From Marsupella aquatica (Eukaryota; Plantae; Marchantiophyta), in contig OZ316899.1 of NCBI GenBank assembly GCA_973895155.1, forward strand, positions 11,996,834-12,060,833: a stretch of 64,000 nt of DNA, read 5' to 3'. The notes under the pieces were generated by a model. The model saw only the letters and a program-made list of their open reading frames with translations. It had not been told where the DNA came from and did not search any database. How positions within the stretch are numbered: position 1 is the first letter of the stretch; every line of letters starts with the position of its first letter. The translations under genes and the position numbers were made by a program. Below are positions 36,095-48,336 of this stretch, piece by piece.

Positions 36095-38147
36095 CTCGGC
36101 TTGGACTACCGATTCCCCCTGCTGCTCTCCTTGTCTTGCTGTGAACACGGCCTCTTGCCAATCATAACTCATAGGTCCTAGTTCCTCCTCCAGCTTCTAG
36201 GCTGTCTTCTCCCTCTATTTACCGCAAACAGGAGCTTTAGGCTGCTCTCCCTTGGCTTTGGGACTCGAGGCTCCTACATACATTCGAACCCCCGACTCGT
36301 GTTCCGGCCTCCTTCTTTCCTTGGCTCCGGTAAAGGGGTTTTCCCTCATGAGTCGGCTTAGGCCGACTTCTGGGGCAATGTCCTGTACCGGTGCCGTTGC
36401 CATTGCCGTTGCCGTTGCTGTCCTCTTCTCCTTCTCCAGCAATTTCAGTAGATTCTGCATGCCTGGTTGCTGCATCGGCAAGTCTTTCGTCTTCGGCCTA
36501 AACACCTGCTCAATCGTAGGACTATCGGGCTGGTTGGGTTCCTCTGCTGCCGGCCTCTATTCCGGAACCTCCTCTAGTGTCCTTGCCTGCAGGGGAAGTA
36601 CCGGGGCAAAGATCTGACTACGGGCATACCGGCACAAGAGCGGCATCTGATAGCCAAGCTGGGACACGCTTCCCTTGCCGATCACCTGCTGTTCCTCCTG
36701 CAAGATCTTCTCCAGTTGGGTGAGGAGGTACCCGTTGTAATCCCAGCTTGGGTCTAGCCTCTCCGCCAGGTAGACCTGTGCCTTGTCGATCTCTGGCCTT
36801 GGCAAGTTACAATGCATGGTTACCCACAAGAAATCGATTATCTCTCCGATGTGCGGGTTGGTGTAGGTGTTCCGAAAGAAGCCATTCTTCGTTGATGGCC
36901 CTGGGAACGACCGGAACGACCGGAACAGGCAAGGTCTTCCTGGTATCTACTTTGGTCTTATTGCCTATTGGCAAGCCAAACGCTTCGGCAATCACCCGGG
37001 GAGTGAGATAGAAATCCTTCCCATGCACCCTTGTGGAATTGGTCTTGGGCTCCCATGATCCCACAAATTCTAATAAGTCTGAATCCGGCACCTCCGGCTT
37101 CAGCTATGGTAATTTCACAAAGGCTTCCAAGCCAGATCCGGCCATGAAGCCCTGGTACTTCCGAGTCTGCATAGCCGTAAAGCATGCATCCTCTTCATGT
37201 GCAAAGTGTAATTGCACTTCCTCGGGGAGGGTTGCCGCCCAGCCTTTCCAGGTGTCATCCCTTGTTGGAATGACATTGATGGGGTTGACCTCCTCTTCTT
37301 TGGCTTCTTCCTGCTTCCTGCTTCCCTGCTCGGCTGGCTTCCTTGGTGCCGCCGACCTTGTTCTCTTTGCAGGGGTGGCCTCTTCATTGTTGGCCCCTTT
37401 CCTCTTCATAGCGGCTGCCATGGATGTTTCTCCAAGCACGGTTGCCTTCGTCCACCCATCTGTGCTACCCTTCAACTCCCAGTGTATGTCGTTGCAGCGG
37501 TTGATGGCTTCCCCGATGCCGACAATTTTGTTCTCGCAAAATAGAGGGTCGTCTAGCTCATTGCCAGTAGGTGTCCTCAGGAATTCAGCCTTGATGAGTT
37601 CTCCTCCTAAGAAGGTAGACTTTTGCAGCTCCCACAGTCGAGCGAGCTCCTGCCATTCTCGAGCTGCTCTTTCCAATTCTTTGTCCTTGTAGGTCCCAAT
37701 GTCCTCAGTTGCCCATTCAAATTGGCATCCCCAAAAATGAGCAGCTTGATTGATGTTGCTCATACCCTTCTTGAGTTGATAGTCGGTATCTGCTCCCGTC
37801 CAGAGTGTTTGCCTAAGTAGCTGACAGTAGTTAGCTTCATGTAGTTGTCTGCTTAGTTCATGCTTGCAAATGAGCCACCATTCCTTGCGATCGGTCCTTA
37901 CCCCCCCTTGCCTGGTCTTCCTTTCCGTTAGTTACCCATAGCCTCCGGCACTTAGCGCGCCCTAACCCTAATCATGTTCCCTGTTGGGGCATCCTTACTT
38001 CCGGCCTCGGCCTGGGTTCCATAGTCACCCTTGATTGTTTATATTTTACTTGTTTTTGTTACTATACTAATGTGTTTCCAGGGTACACTCCTAATTCCTG
38101 GCCTAGTGATTCCTGGCTAGGCATGACACAACCTTTCCTGAATCTGT

Positions 38148-38165
38148 TCCCCGGCAGCGGCGCCA
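38148..38165 (-). promoter_or_regulatory. Primer binding site, tRNA-Asp type (Athila-like)
   Basis: Minus strand TGGCGCCGCTGCCGGGGA, 1 mismatch to the canonical TGGCGCCGTTGCCGGGGA, 4 nt after ..ACCA. Confidence 0.85.
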
Positions 38166-39611
38166 AAATTGGTATGTCGTATTGTACTAGAGACACAAAT
38201 CATCATTTAAGCTCTAAACTTCCCATGGAAGAACATGTTGGGAATGGTTTACAATCATTTAACACGAATGAATGACTAAGATAACAAAACACAATGATAA
38301 GCCTTTTACTTTGAATGCTCAGCAAGACATAGATTTAAATGTCTGCTTGACATTGTAAATATAATTAACAAAATGGATGAAATTAACAAAATACAAAGAA
38401 ATCTTGAGGCATGATGAGAGAGTCTGGAAAACACCAAGGTAACTTCTCAACAACACTTAATTTGTAATGATTTAAGGTATTGAACTTGCAAGGACATTTC
38501 TGGAATGAAATACTTTACTGGGATGGTTGTTAGGGTGCCGTCTACACATCTCAACCTTTCCTTCCGAGGTACTCAGTTAGGATTAACAACCAATCACTTC
38601 AGTATCCAGTCGGTACTTGGAGTCGCAAATCACAATTACCGTCATCAACAAACTAAATCATGGAAAATTGGTCAATGACATTCTTTGCAGGTCGTGCACA
38701 AGCAATGTCAAATCCAAAAACCATATGCATCAAGAACTTGAGTATGCATAGCCTTCACCGTCATGAAATCTATCTCTATATATTCAAAAGATTTTGACAT
38801 GAAACTATGTTTTACTTCATTGCTCAAAATTCACAACATTCCACGTCAAGGAAGGGGGAAGAAATCCTTTGTATGCATTCACTCTTGACAAAAGCCAGAG
38901 TTTCTCTCTACAAAGTGAAGCTTGCCATGCTGCAAATCTGCAACATAGGGCTACATAATTTCCTCACACCAAAAGTGTCACAAAGTTTGCTACATATAAG
39001 TCAGCAAGAACCCCAAGAAAAAAAGGAGATACCGAAGGGACATGCCCATTCAGATCTCAAAGGTTCTTGACTGAGAATTAAAGGTAACAAAAATATGTTA
39101 CAAGGGTGCCTAAGATACACTAAAATACTCCTAGAATGTGAAACTAACTAAAAAGAATGTCACTAGTGAAAATTGACACAAAGGTATCGTTTCAATTTTT
39201 ACCGGGAAAGTAGAAAAAGTGAGTTTGCCCTAATTTTAACTTCTACATCAAAAGTCACAATGAAGTGAAACTTTGTCAAGTGATAGATCTACATTCATAT
39301 TTCATAGTGGCAAAATTTCAGATTTTTCGGAGGTGTCTAGGTGCCTCAAATAAATCGGAGATAAGTGTTGTGTGACAAAAATTGCACAACTCCGGAAAAC
39401 TTTCTTAAGTGTCGGGAGCGCCAAAGCGCCAAAGTGCAAAAGCTACAAAAAAACCTTCTAATTCTCAGATCACAAGTCGGTTTGAGTTGTAACTTTCGGG
39501 GTAGCTTCTACTACGTAAGCGTTATCTACTGGTGAAGTTTCAAGCATTCCTGAATACTTCAACAATTTAACAACAAATCTAATCTAACTGCGAAAATTCA
39601 ATCTTGCTACA

Positions 39612-40265
39612 TTAAAGCTTTAGGTACCTATGGTTGCTGTACTCGTCTAAAGATCGCTCTCTGAATGACTTCACAGATCGCATCCATATCCTTGGAGTGG
39701 TGTCAAATGAAAGGAAGTGATTTCGCTGACGCTCTATATTCAACTTTGGAAGTAACCGCCTAGTAAACATGGTGTTGATCTTGCTGGCTTGCATGTAAAT
39801 ACCAAACAGGTCATAGGAACAATAGGAAGCATGATAGTTATGTGGGAATTTTTGAATGAATGTTTCAGTATCCCTAGCAAAATCGAGAAGTGGATGAAGG
39901 GTAGAGGAAAGAACATGCCATTTCCTGGTATAATCTTTGAGTCGTTGGGAAGTGATGTTGTTCCAGATCCTTTGTTTCTCAGTAACTGGAGTGATAAACT
40001 TGTGTTTGATGAAAGGATACTCTGGAATGTTACGAGGATCAACTCGACTCTTCCTGTTAGTCTGCTTTAGAAATGAGATAATAAACTCAAGATGGTAGGC
40101 AGGAAGATTTCCCAAATAAGCTAAAGCTAAATCTCCATTCTCCAACACAATGTCACCAACCAGAATCATGGCAGCAAGGATGGGCTTGAAATATTCTGCC
40201 TCAGTCCAGATTTCATCCATCTCAGCTATTTCCAAGCGAGTGGTATCCCTCAAATGTAGCTTCAA
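39612..40265 (-). CDS. Hypothetical 217-aa ORF within the putative LTR
   Basis: Long open frame, co-oriented with the upstream accessory ORF; no recognised motif. Confidence 0.35.
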   Translation of the reverse strand: MKLHLRDTTRLEIAEMDEIWTEAEYFKPILAAMILVGDIVLENGDLALAYLGNLPAYHLEFIISFLKQTNRKSRVDPRNIPEYPFIKHKFITPVTEKQRIWNNITSQRLKDYTRKWHVLSSTLHPLLDFARDTETFIQKFPHNYHASYCSYDLFGIYMQASKINTMFTRRLLPKLNIERQRNHFLSFDTTPRIWMRSVKSFRERSLDEYSNHRYLKL

Positions 40266-40373
40266 GATATAGAGGCATTCAATTCTCCTCTTGTGATAGT
40301 AATTCCAGTATTCTAAGATGGGAGGAGTTATGAGATCTACTACTTTAAGAAATTCAGAAAACAGTTTGATATT

Positions 40374-42107
40374 CTATGTGGTGGTCTTAGGATCTATATG
40401 GATGGTAGTGATAAGATTAACTTGGCAGGACTTATTCTTCCCAGGAGGTAGGGAATCAGGATAGCCGACAGCCAGAGCTTCATCTGCAGGTGTGATGGTA
40501 AGGATTGGGAAACTAGGAAAATGGTGATCAGGATGATCGGAAGGACTATAAGGTGAGGTGGGAGAATGATCAGGAGAAGAGTGGGAGAGGGGAGAACCAA
40601 ACTTGGAGATGTGGTAGTGTACTGCAACGTACACTTGAGTAGGTTCGCAGTTGAACATCTGGGTAAGCCTGATAACAAGATTCTCACAATACTCCAAGTG
40701 ATGATCTAGACTTATAACAGCAGTGGCTCTCTGCAATACTTCCTCCATCACTTCAACTATGTGCTCTGGATCGCACTCTAACATAGAGGTAATCTTTGCA
40801 ATTAATTCAGAATGATACTGAACCTCTTCTAAAGCATGTTGAGGGATCGGAGGTTGCTGTTGGAGCTGCTGATTAACATCAGCCACTGGTTGATGTTCTT
40901 CTGCAATCCCAACAATGTCAATGTCCATATCCTCATCACCAACCTGTTCTTCAACTTCATGAGAAGGTGGTTCCTATAACAAACTTTGGATAACAGCTAG
41001 GGGTCCTTTGGTAGGTGAGTAGATAGATGTAGGGTCCTGAGGTTCAGAGATAAGGACATCAGGAAAAACTTCTCTCTGTGGGACCATTTTCAAGTCACGC
41101 ACAAGAGTAACTACTTTTCCAGGGTATAAGATAAAATATCAGTCAAGGCTTCCACAATACCTTGGTAATAGAAAATCTGTCTTGCTTCTTGATCAAGAGG
41201 ATCTACTGGGGAGAGAGGAGCTTGGGGATTCTCAACACAATCTGTCAGCAGAGCAGCTGCAGGGGGAATAACTTCAGCGGGTTTGGAAAGGAGAGGTGAG
41301 CTTGGCGATGCAACGGGATCCCTTTCCTCACTGGTAGGACCATGCTGTTGATCTACTGGGGAAGGTATTGGTGTCTCTTCCTCACCTTCACCTTCAGGTA
41401 GATCTCCTTCGTCTGGAACTTCAAAGGGAAGTTCATCAAGTAGCCTTTGGCACTCTATTTTCTCCTCAAGCAGCAAGCAAGCAATCTCCCTGGAAGTAAA
41501 GTTGGCTGAGATAAGCAGGTAAGCAGTTTAGCTTTCCAGTTTTAACTTCCTTCACTTGTGAGAGCACTGTCCTTTGTAGCAGTAGAGCCCAATTTACTTC
41601 AAGAATCTTCTTCCATGAAGTGTATAGAGTATTAGCTAAAGACACAGGAACCATCTGGGGTCGGTTCGGATGCAGGATAGGAACGAGGAAATCAAGAATC
41701 AGTCGGAAGGTGTAGTCAATGCACTGATGCAGCTTCCAACCGTGTTTACTTTGTTGAACCCCTGCAAACATGGATTCGGAAACCGTGTCCCTTCCAGATA
41801 CCAGATTAATCCCAGTCAAAGGACAATGAAAAGCTTGGGCAAATAAATCAATATCCCATTGTTCCGGTTTGGCCCTCACTGTATCCTCCATACCTTTGAG
41901 ATGCGGGAAACGATCCTGAAATCCCTGCAAGTACGTAGGAGAAATAGTGTTCCAGGGCATAAGAAGGAGTCGTTTAAGATGCATCGCTTCCAATGCCTTG
42001 GCAAGTGCCATCAAATCCTGAGGAAGTGTTGGAAGTAGAGCTAGTACTGCTCTTGGGAGGCCGTCGCCCACCACAAGGTCTTCATCACTTCCTGTGGGCA
42101 AAGTCAT
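40374..42107 (-). pseudogene. Retroelement accessory protein, frameshifted; N-terminal domain resembles the LTR ORF at 48713
   Basis: LLMPW..AQAFHCPLTG..SKHGWKLHQC..ILDFLVPILHP..VNWALLL..YLSQLY; frameshift near 41470, acidic/Pro-rich tail. Confidence 0.6.
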
Positions 42108-42530
42108 GGTGAACTTGTCAAAAACGCAAGGGCGTAGAAACTCCAAAACACAAAAACGCAAGGGCTCCAAAGCTCCAAAGCGCAAAGGCGTAAAGGTGCC
42201 TAAGTGCTTTCGCTCTACTCGGGAAAAAGAAAAGATCACGGCACTGGGGTAGACGTCGCAAGGTCCGCACTATAAGGAGTCCGGGGCTGCGTAGTTATCT
42301 TCTTTGGTGCGCAGGGAGGATTAGGTCGATCCTCCTGGTTGATCTTGAGGTGTTGATCTTCTCTCCAAACTAATAGTTAGTCACTAATCTACAGTTTAAG
42401 TGGTGTTCAACTCCTAATAACTTCTAAGTTCCTATAACACTACGCAGAGTAGTTATAAAGTCTTTGTTAGTTACAAAAAATTTAAAATTTTACTATTTTT
42501 TATTATTCCTACTTAACCTACTATATTACA

Positions 42531-44291
42531 AACCCTTTCCAAGCCATGAAAGGTGTGAACAATGTGGCATTACGCATTGTTTGCATATCACACCACGTAT
42601 CAAACTCCTGGATGAAATCATCCAAATCAATCGTGCCAACTGCACCAAAGTATCTCCTTGGCCCTTTTGTGGCCCCATACATCTCTTCCATATCCCACAA
42701 CAATGGCATAGTCACTTGATGTTGAGGAGAATTGGCTACTAAGTCCTTGACATAATTACTATCTGAAACCCCACTTGTGACCACTAACAATGTCGTCGGC
42801 TGAAATTTCACTCCACTCCGAGTGAAACCAGACCGTCGTCCCTCGGGTGGCCCCGTATCACCAGAGGACTCCGTGATGACCAATTTTCCCTAATTGGTCA
42901 CCATCAACTCACCACTATCAATAATCAACTGATTGGCGGAATGAAGTTCCGCGGGTACCCATCACTCAATTGCAGAACGGTGTTCCATAATGCACCACCA
43001 CCAATCTCCAAGACAATTGACAAAATGGTGTTCCGTAAACTGCTTAGTTGCAGGACAGTGTTCCGCAACCTTCCATCACCAATAGCCAAGCTAATTGGCG
43101 GAACAGTGTTCCGTGAGCTGCTTAGTTGCGGGATAGTGTTCCACAACCAACCCTTTGTCACATAGCAGTCATGACGTGTTCTGGGGCAGACCAATCTTCA
43201 ATATGCACTCACGATGGAACAGTGTTCCGTGGAAGACCAATCTTCCCAAAATTACCATGATGGAACGGTGTTCCGCAGTTGACCAGTCTCCAATATGCCC
43301 CCTCAATGGAACAGTGTTCCGTGGAAGACCTTCACAACCCTGTTGCTGCAAAAACCCCGTCGCAATTCTCAGACAAAGTCACTATTCACTAACTTTGTCG
43401 TTTTTCTTGTGCCCTAGGTTGTCACCCGCACCTCGCCTCTCCGCGGTGCACTACGTCGCAGAAGGAAACAAAATTTGCCAACATCCAACGTTGCTTTCTT
43501 CAAAGAAATGCACTATCCGTCAGCATCAAACTTGACGAATCTCAAATCCAGAGCATAGAACTTCAACTATCAACTCCCGATTGAAACCATCCCCAACCAG
43601 AATCACAAATAATCACAAGTCCAACCGACTTGCCTTCAATAAACAACAACAAATACTCTTAGCAATCCACGCACAATAGTTGACAATAGCTTCCGATCAT
43701 GGACCGCACACTTAGTCTTCCAAAATGCTGCAATGTCGATCGATGCGAACCGCAACTCCAAACTTGCAACTCAACAACTCAAAGCTCCGCATTCACTAGA
43801 GCTTTCTCAACGCCAACTTGTAACTAATCGAGATACCAGCGATCCGTTCAACAGCAAAACCCGATCCGAGATACCACAAATCGTCAACAACAAAACCACA
43901 ACAAAATTGAACTTCTGTTTGCACAGTCCACACACCAGAGTTCAAACCTCATATTTCAATGTAATCTACTTCAATAGTGCAAATCAAACAATGATCGGTG
44001 CTAATCCAAAAACGATCCCATCCGACGCGATCACACATGTATGACAAGTCCAACGCACCTTGTGCTTCAAGGAATCCATGTTACATGCACACAACCTGGT
44101 CAGCCACACCATAGCCACCAAGCTCATGCTCAAAGGCTCAACATTGAAAGATGAGGCCTTTGAGCCAACACAAGGGGATAACTATCCCTCACACCAACTC
44201 AAACTAAACATAGTGCTCATATAGCACACATACAAAACCTCTATACCTAGATAGTATGATATACTTTACTACCACTCTAAATGGTGTGACA
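42531..44291 (-). mobile_element. 5' fragment of another LTR retrotransposon (LTR ~43819-44291, leader, truncated gag)
   Basis: gag-like DLDDFIQEFDTWCDMQ..PFMAWKG at 42531-42883; TG..CA segment 44291-43819 followed by PBS-like TGGCG. Confidence 0.55.
42935..43325. repeat. ~9 copies of palindrome GGAACAGTGTTCC in the retroelement leader
   Basis: GGAAC(A/G)GTGTTCC and variants recur every ~30-80 bp. Confidence 0.8.
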
Positions 44292-44494
44292 AGGATGATG
44301 GTTGCTCCCCAAACACACAAATGTTCAACATTGTAATAAACCACATTGGAGTCCGTGGGGACTTGGAAAAAGTTGAATCACTCTTGAAGGAGATGCAGAG
44401 TAGGGGCGTGGTAAGGAATGTGGTCACCTTCACAATGTTGGTGGACATCTACGGATGGAGTGGCCGCTTCCAAGAAGCTATGAAGTGCTTCAAA
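44291..44494 (+). pseudogene. PPR (pentatricopeptide repeat) gene fragment, ~2 motifs
   Basis: GCSPNTQMFNIVINHIGVRGDLEKVESLLKEMQSRGVVRNVVTFTMLVDIYGWSGRFQEAMKCF fits the P-type PPR consensus. Confidence 0.8.
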
Positions 44495-47400
44495 GTTGAC
44501 TTAGTACACAGAGTTGAAGTTTTGCTTGAAATTCTCTGTGCATCGCGCCTAGAATTGTCAACCTGTTGGATTTCATTTCATAGCGTTTGGCCAAAGAAAA
44601 TTGTGCTGAGAAATGGCTGCAGCAAATTAACAGTAGTGCAGTTTCTATGTCTCCTCGATGAGAAGTGAGCCGAGTTGGTAGAGCAATTCTGGTACATCAT
44701 AAAAGTTGTTCTGCAATCGATTGAGAGGTGGAAATTGGTGTGGTTGATGCGTGTTAGGCGATCAAGGAAGAAGACGCTTAACACAAACTTTAGATAGATC
44801 AAGGCATTGTTTGCAAACAGAGGATTTAATTGTAGAAAGCTTGCTTGACAGATAGGTTTAGGTTTTAAACCTTGACAAAAGGCAGAGAGTTGTGGTTATG
44901 AATGTTGGAGTTGCAACCTACTTTGATGCAGCGTTGTCTATACTAGATAGTGCAAGCTCAAGTTGTCTATACTAGATAGTGCAAGCTCCAGTTAATTGAA
45001 GTAAATTTTGAGACTGGAGCTTCTTTCTCCGGAGACGAGTTAGGGACTTAGGGAAGATCTTGCAAGTGAGGCAAGGGTTTTGAAAAACATACTCACATGG
45101 GCCGTTCTTTGTTTCATGGCCCTAATTCAAAACCTGGTTTACTTCATAGTACTACATAGTACCTGTTTGGCAAAACAAATAGGTATTAGAATGGACCATT
45201 CTTTGTTTCATGGCCCTCTTTGGAGAGAATATTTGGCACGGGATGTCCAGTCTATTACGTCTTAGAATCTGAGATTTTTATGAGATCATTTGCTCCATTT
45301 CCGACGAGCACAAAAATGGTCAAGTATTATCAACCAACTGCCAACGAACGCTTGGGTTTTGTGGGAAACGCCCAGACTAGTTTGGGCATGAGCAACAAAC
45401 TGCCAAGACGTCCATAAGAGCCATCTTGACATTTGGAAGGGCCGTCTTGACGTCCGGAAGGGCCGCTTTGACATCGGGACGCTTGTAGAAGCCGCTAAAA
45501 GGCTATGAAGGAGGCTTTTCACGGTGACAGCAAACAGCAAACAGCTAATAGTAAAGCTCATAACAGCAAATGTCTGCACCAAAAAAATCTCCCCTAAACC
45601 TACATCTCTCGCAAAATGAAATTGAAACCTCTAAAATCCATTATTTTGAAACATATCGTAATACTAGCGCCCAACGCTACAGTATTGAAACAGTCTAGAA
45701 AACCCGAAACCTCATTCAAAACATCTATATGCAAAAGTATGCCAAAAAACAACTGTATACTAGCGCCAGGCGCTAGTATACAGACCTCAATAACAAACCT
45801 AAAATAACAGAGATGAACTAGAGACCATCAGATGCCAATTTATGAAAAATTGTGAAGGGGGGCAGTGGCATTCTAATATCACCAAATTATAATACATTAA
45901 TCCAACTTAAGATTCTCCTCTTCCCAGAGGAAAGTAGAGTCAAAAAACAATCTGGACAGCACATGTCTCACTTTGTAAACACCCATCAAAATTACAATCC
46001 CATCCGACAACTATTTTTAAAGTCTGGCTAGCCATCAGATTCTGAATCGGTTGTATCTAGTTCTGATTCTTCTTCACTACTTTGTGATCTATTAGTAGAC
46101 TCAGCTTCATCGTCTACATACTTGCTCGGCACGATGTCATCAACATAACGGTTCTTCAAAAACTTCCTATCCAAGCCCCTTTTGAGCCTTAGGCCTTTAC
46201 TTTCCCAAGTCATCATTCTCACAGAATCTGCCTTTTGAGCCGCCTTTTCTGCATAAGAAGGCAAGACAAACGGCTTCTCCGAGGTTTCTATTGCATTCCT
46301 AGCAACTTTCCTCCGTAGTTGAAAGCACTTCCAAAGATTCCACTCAGACCTGGAAAGTTGAATCCGATATCTTTAGTCGCATCTGGGAAAATGGTGGAAT
46401 TTTGGAGACACTAACGTCACCCTTAAAACGAAAAGAAAAAGGCAGGAAAGCTGAAGATCATTACTCAGGAGACTCTTCACTATCCTTAGATTCAGAAGAC
46501 CCGAGATTCACCACATTCTTGGAGGCACCATTATCTTTGGACTGTTGAGTACCGTCGCCTCCATCATTGTCCTCGTCAGAATCAAAATTAAGAATAGCAC
46601 GGAGTTTGTCATGCTTCTTACTCCCCACCTGCCGATGCGGAGGCGTGGACGTGGAGGCTTCTTTGTTCTTAAGAAGTCCAAAGAAAACTTTTGTGGCAGT
46701 GTCAAGAAACTCTTTACAATTTTCAATCCCAACTACAAACCTCCTACAATGATCTCCAACAACAAATGTACTTTCGCCCCCAACTATCCAGTCCATGACA
46801 ATATCCCCAGGGAGGGTAATTAATTCTAAAACTGACTGCATGAAACCCACAGGCAGCCTTGAATTCCCAACGAACGCAAGCTTTGGAAGAGGATCATTTT
46901 TTGGCACAGGAAAACCAATGAGATTGGTTATCAAAGGATCCTCTGTATGTGAAAGAGGTCAAAATTTGGGATCCTTCGGGACCTACCTTTGGACGAAACA
47001 TGCCCAAAAACATTGAGAGTGAGCGTAAAAATTTGCCCATCGAATTATGTTTTGTTCAAAATAAACATCAGATACTTCTTCGAGAATACGAAAACCATTC
47101 ATCAAGAGGATATGCCACACTAGCGCCTGGCGCTAGCGTCACCTTCAATGTCAAAAGGAGGACACAAAACAAAAACTCCAGAATAGCGCTCGACGCTATT
47201 ATACGTAACTGAATATCCAAGCGAGGCCTGTACATTGGGGTGCCCATCACAACATTGTGTGTCAAGATACACTGAAATTTCTGTGAATCTTGACAAGCTG
47301 CAATGACTTCAGAGACTTGGTCATAGTCGACCCTGTGCAAAATCGCCACATCATGGATCATCTGCCAGGAAAGGATCCATTATTCTGAAGAAGGCACTTG

Positions 47401-48336
47401 GAATCGTATAATCTTGAAGGTTCCATTTAGGAACCTTCCTTTCCACAAGTGTTAGTTTCAACCCATTCGGAAGATATATGAAACCAGCATCAACTCCAAA
47501 AGCCCTTTCCTTTCCCCCTCGGACAACCCCTTTTGCGCGATCCCCAGACTTCACCAGCTCTTTCCCCCAACCTTCAATATTAGAAACCCAATCCGATTTT
47601 TCTCCCTTGTTAAACAGCAAATCAAAACATTTTGTAACACTCGACTTGACAAAACAATGTCAAGTACACTTTCATTTGAAATTCCCTACATCTCTCTGCA
47701 ATCCAGTTGACGCAACTGAATCTCAAGAAGAAGATCCAAGCCTATCATCAACTGGTCCTCTCTTTTTCTTCTCCTTCATACTTGTGGCGTCCATTGGAAC
47801 CACTGCCTTTCCACTCTCCCCAGGGGTTCCCGGATCTGGTGTATTTTCCGCACCAGTGTTAGCTTCAGAGGCTTGAGGAGTAGCGTCATCTTTTACATCA
47901 GCGGTGGCATCCAACTTCCTTCCCCCTGAATGACAAAGATACCTTACTAAATGGAACTAGTTCTCGTAATAGCGCTCGGTGCTAGTATCAATAGGGGAAA
48001 AACATCTCATATGAACAAGAGCAAAAATCCCTAACTGAATCCTATGGGGCATACTTACATTTTTTAAGAGATCGAGTTGATTCACTAGGAGCTGCAGATC
48101 CATTCTTGGCCTTCACTCTTGGCTTTTGGCTCCGATCAACATGCACGACAACTGTCTTGCATTCTTCTGCAGCTCAGTTGTCGACACGTCCACTTCAATC
48201 GCACGACCCTGCTTCATCTCCGAGACATACCTTGTTGGGATTTGCAACTTTTGCAACTTCATGAAAGCGTCTTTCTCCACCTTGTCGAAAGGCAGATCCC
48301 ATTTGTTAGTGTCTAAATACCATGGGCAGTGGAGTC

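Larger units (their letters stand above)
31928..37763 (-). pseudogene. Degenerate copy of the LTR-encoded ~1135-aa ORF
   Basis: Fragments 37104-37763, 36807-37091, 36557-36829, 36215-36505, 33530-33733, 33019-33237, 31928-33001 are collinear with 48713-52120. Confidence 0.9.
31030..38128 (-). mobile_element. Older long solo LTR of the 11113/48337 gypsy family, with a nested 2.35-kb insertion
   Basis: Ends match the family LTR termini (TGT(C/G)ATGCCTAG... / ...GACGCACCACA); flanks CAACA and CAACC (TSD, 1 mismatch). Confidence 0.88.
38170..42530 (-). mobile_element. Putative long 5' LTR (~4.4 kb) of an Athila-like element containing degenerate ORFs
   Basis: Begins TGTAATATAG exactly where another element's gag is cut (WKG|); ends ..CATACCA next to the tRNA-Asp PBS; partner LTR not in window. 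Confidence 0.55.

Noticed and set aside
42935-43325. Palindromic repeats with spacers resembling a CRISPR array
   Set aside because: Repeat only 13 bp, spacing irregular, spacers mutually similar, no cas genes, eukaryotic retroelement context
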